Source: Selaginella moellendorffii (Eukaryota; Plantae; Lycopodiophyta). Taken from it: a stretch of 64,000 nucleotides of DNA. The DNA is taken from assembly GCF_000143415.4 (NCBI RefSeq), contig NW_003314267.1, positions 358,908-422,907 of the forward strand. Reading direction: 5' to 3'. Within the stretch, counting starts at the first letter, position 1. The number at the start of each line of letters is the position of its first letter. The position numbers and the translations under genes are program-made. Of this stretch, positions 61,589 to 64,000 are shown piece by piece. The notes below the pieces were generated by a model. That model saw nothing but the letters and a program-made list of their open reading frames with translations. It did no database searches and was not told where the DNA came from.

Positions 61589-62889
61589 TGCTTTGGAGAG
61601 TAGAGTGTTCGTAAGAACGAACTTGTGAAAAAGATCAAGAAAGAACTAGCGATGATTGAAGTAAAGAGGTTGGAGCAGTACTTATATGCGATATTAACCT
61701 TTTTTCACGCGAGAACAGTCGTGGAAGCTCTTGAGCTTGTGAGGAGCGTGAATTTTTTTTTTTTACCTTTGAATTTATAGCCTCCAAGGTGATCTTAGAT
61801 TGCGTGTAAACGTCTACTAACATTTAGTCATTGATAGATAGCTTTTTGGACCCGGCAGCGAAATGGAAACAACAAAGAAGAACAGTGCAAAGTGTTGACT
61901 AAAAGCTACTATGAACAAGGAGTTTGTAGCTTCTAAGTATTTAAACTTTTTTCTTGGCACAAAGTGTGATTGAAGTTGCTGGTAAGTAGTAGTCAAGCAA
62001 TTTGTCTCGAGCGAACTGACTGAACTTGACGATGGTGCCCTATAGTCACTGCACCACCCAGGTAGGCATGGGACCATACTAAGTTTTTCATTCACACATA
62101 CTACATCTCTCTAAATGCCAAGTTGATTGTGTCGATTATGGTGTCCCATGCTTTGAGGTACTTTGCAGCATCTGCAGATGTCACAGGATCTCCCAGGAGG
62201 GTGTGTGAAAGTTGAGTGTGGGGAGGTAAAGGTGTAGTCGTATGGACACTAGATCATTGCTTGACTTCAAGTTGGCAAAGTGATTTGAGTTGACCTATTG
62301 CAGGACCTCCTAAAATGAATATGCCCTAAACACATTAAGTATATTTAGGAATATCCCTAGAATCATAGCCATGCTTATTGAGCTTAGGAGCATATATTAT
62401 TGCATTGTAAACATCTTTAGCTCCCAAGATTATCTCAAAGTTAAATTATAGTGTATGTGGTTTTCAAGGATAACCCCAGAGTGGAATGTAAACCCTTATA
62501 TATGTGGCAAAGGGTAATGGAGCAGATCAAGGTTTTGAGCCATTAAATAAAGGGATGGAGCTAAATTCCTAAATATATAGTTAAAAAACAAAGGAAGTAG
62601 AATATAGGACAACTCTTAAACATATAACTTAAGAAGAAAACAACCAAAATATGGAATAACTCATGAGCGTACACAAAGGGACAAAAATAGAGAGTGATAT
62701 AAAAATAGTTTTAGAGTATTTAACATCCCAAAGTTAGGATCAACACGTAAAATAAAGCTTGGTGCAATTTTAGCATATTGATAGCTTAATGCAAGGATAT
62801 AAATGCTCCATTAACTAGCATGATATGAATTTTAAACTTAGACTCAAATTAGAAGCTAGATAAGGATAGGTATGCAAGTAAAAAGGAAT

Positions 62890-63402
62890 GCATGCTTTGG
62901 GCTTTCACCCTAGGAGTTAGTGTCTAAAATAATCATGAAAACTTACATAATGACATTAGATTGCAAATTTGGACACAGGAACAATATTATTGTAATTAAG
63001 ACAATCTCTACATTCTGCCTCAACAAAAAATCTTAACACTTTCCACAAATAGCTAATAAGATCAAACAGAACTAATACATAGAGCATAATAGTGAGAGTG
63101 TCTTGATAGACATGGTAAACTATCACTTAACAAGTATTAAGGGTCTAAGATTAATATTGTAGGGGTTCCTAACACTAATAAATGTAAGCCAATGAACAAG
63201 TATATTTGATTAATAGCATTTAAGAATTCTATCTTTATGCTCCTTTGGCCAAGTGCACATGTGAAAATTAATTTCTCAACTAATTTGGGTGGAGATTAAT
63301 AAAAGGTCCAACAATACTAATCTTTTGTCGTGGCAATAAGAAAAGAATATTCAAAAGAATTCATTGATAAATAATTTCAATACCATAGTCATATTTGCAA
63401 TA
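62890..63402 (-). mobile_element. Old degenerate LTR of the same family as 40911/44161
   Basis: gctttgggctttcacc…ggagttagt…gattgcaaatttggacacagga…ctctacattc is colinear with 44740-45306. Left boundary unclear. Confidence 0.7.
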
Positions 63403-64000
63403 TAAATGAAAGAAAACAAAAGAGGGGATATGTTACTTGAGAAAGTGAGTGGATGAATAGAAAGTGAAAGGAAAACTATTGCTCAGTAAACGGTTAGAAC
63501 CTATGAAGAGTCCATGTAAACAATAAAGTACATAATCTCAAACATTATTGAAGTAAAGGTGGTAGATTATTAATACTGATAAATTATCTATATCAAAACT
63601 ACTACTTATTCAAAGAGGTAGAATAAGATAGAAGCCACTCTATAAAAAGGGCTTGGATGCCTCCATACACAAGGCCTAACCAAATATTAGAAATTTTAGC
63701 TTGTTGCTAAGTTGAAATTGTTGTGTTAATTTATTGCAGTTGTAATATATAGATGATAATGAATCTTTAGTTGTATATACTGATTATTAAGATGGGTAAA
63801 ATATTGAAAAAAAATGTCAAGCCCAATTTTGGTATCATAAAAAAGAATGAAAGTAGCATTTGTGGGAAATACTGTAGAAAATGATAAAATTAAAAAATAA
63901 AAAAGGAATGTTGGTTGAGATGGTGAGAATGATGAAAAGGAAAAAGTAAAAACTTGATTTAAAAACTTAAAAACTACAATTTATCAAGATAAAGTAGTAT

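Overview
Eukaryotic plant nuclear DNA. The very short introns (about 45-80 nt), tiny intergenic gaps, many PLS-class PPR genes and telo-box promoters suggest a compact lycophyte genome such as Selaginella; this is inference, not verified. 1-32 kb is gene-dense: a CYP85-clan P450, aminopeptidase P, two PPR genes, PUS7 (with a U12 AT-AC intron), AMT2, a thaumatin pseudogene, enolase, tRNA-iMet, a head-to-head aminoacylase/dihydropyrimidinase pair, an At4g14100-like gene, a germin-like gene and a GDPD. 32-47 kb is a nest of LTR retroelements: a decayed Ty3/gypsy element, a Cassandra-type TRIM with 5S-rRNA-derived LTRs inserted in its gag zinc knuckle, a second TRIM with a tRNA-type B-box, and a non-coding LARD-like element whose PBS matches the variant tRNA-iMet in this window. 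47-64 kb holds partly decayed copies of the PPR/At4g14100-like/germin/GDPD cassette and duplicated unidentified gene relics. Small-RNA relics (tRNA-Ile, a tRNA-iMet T-arm, a U2 snRNA fragment) are scattered between genes. Spans of multi-exon genes include introns. All calls come from reading the sequence and recalled family motifs; no searches were run.
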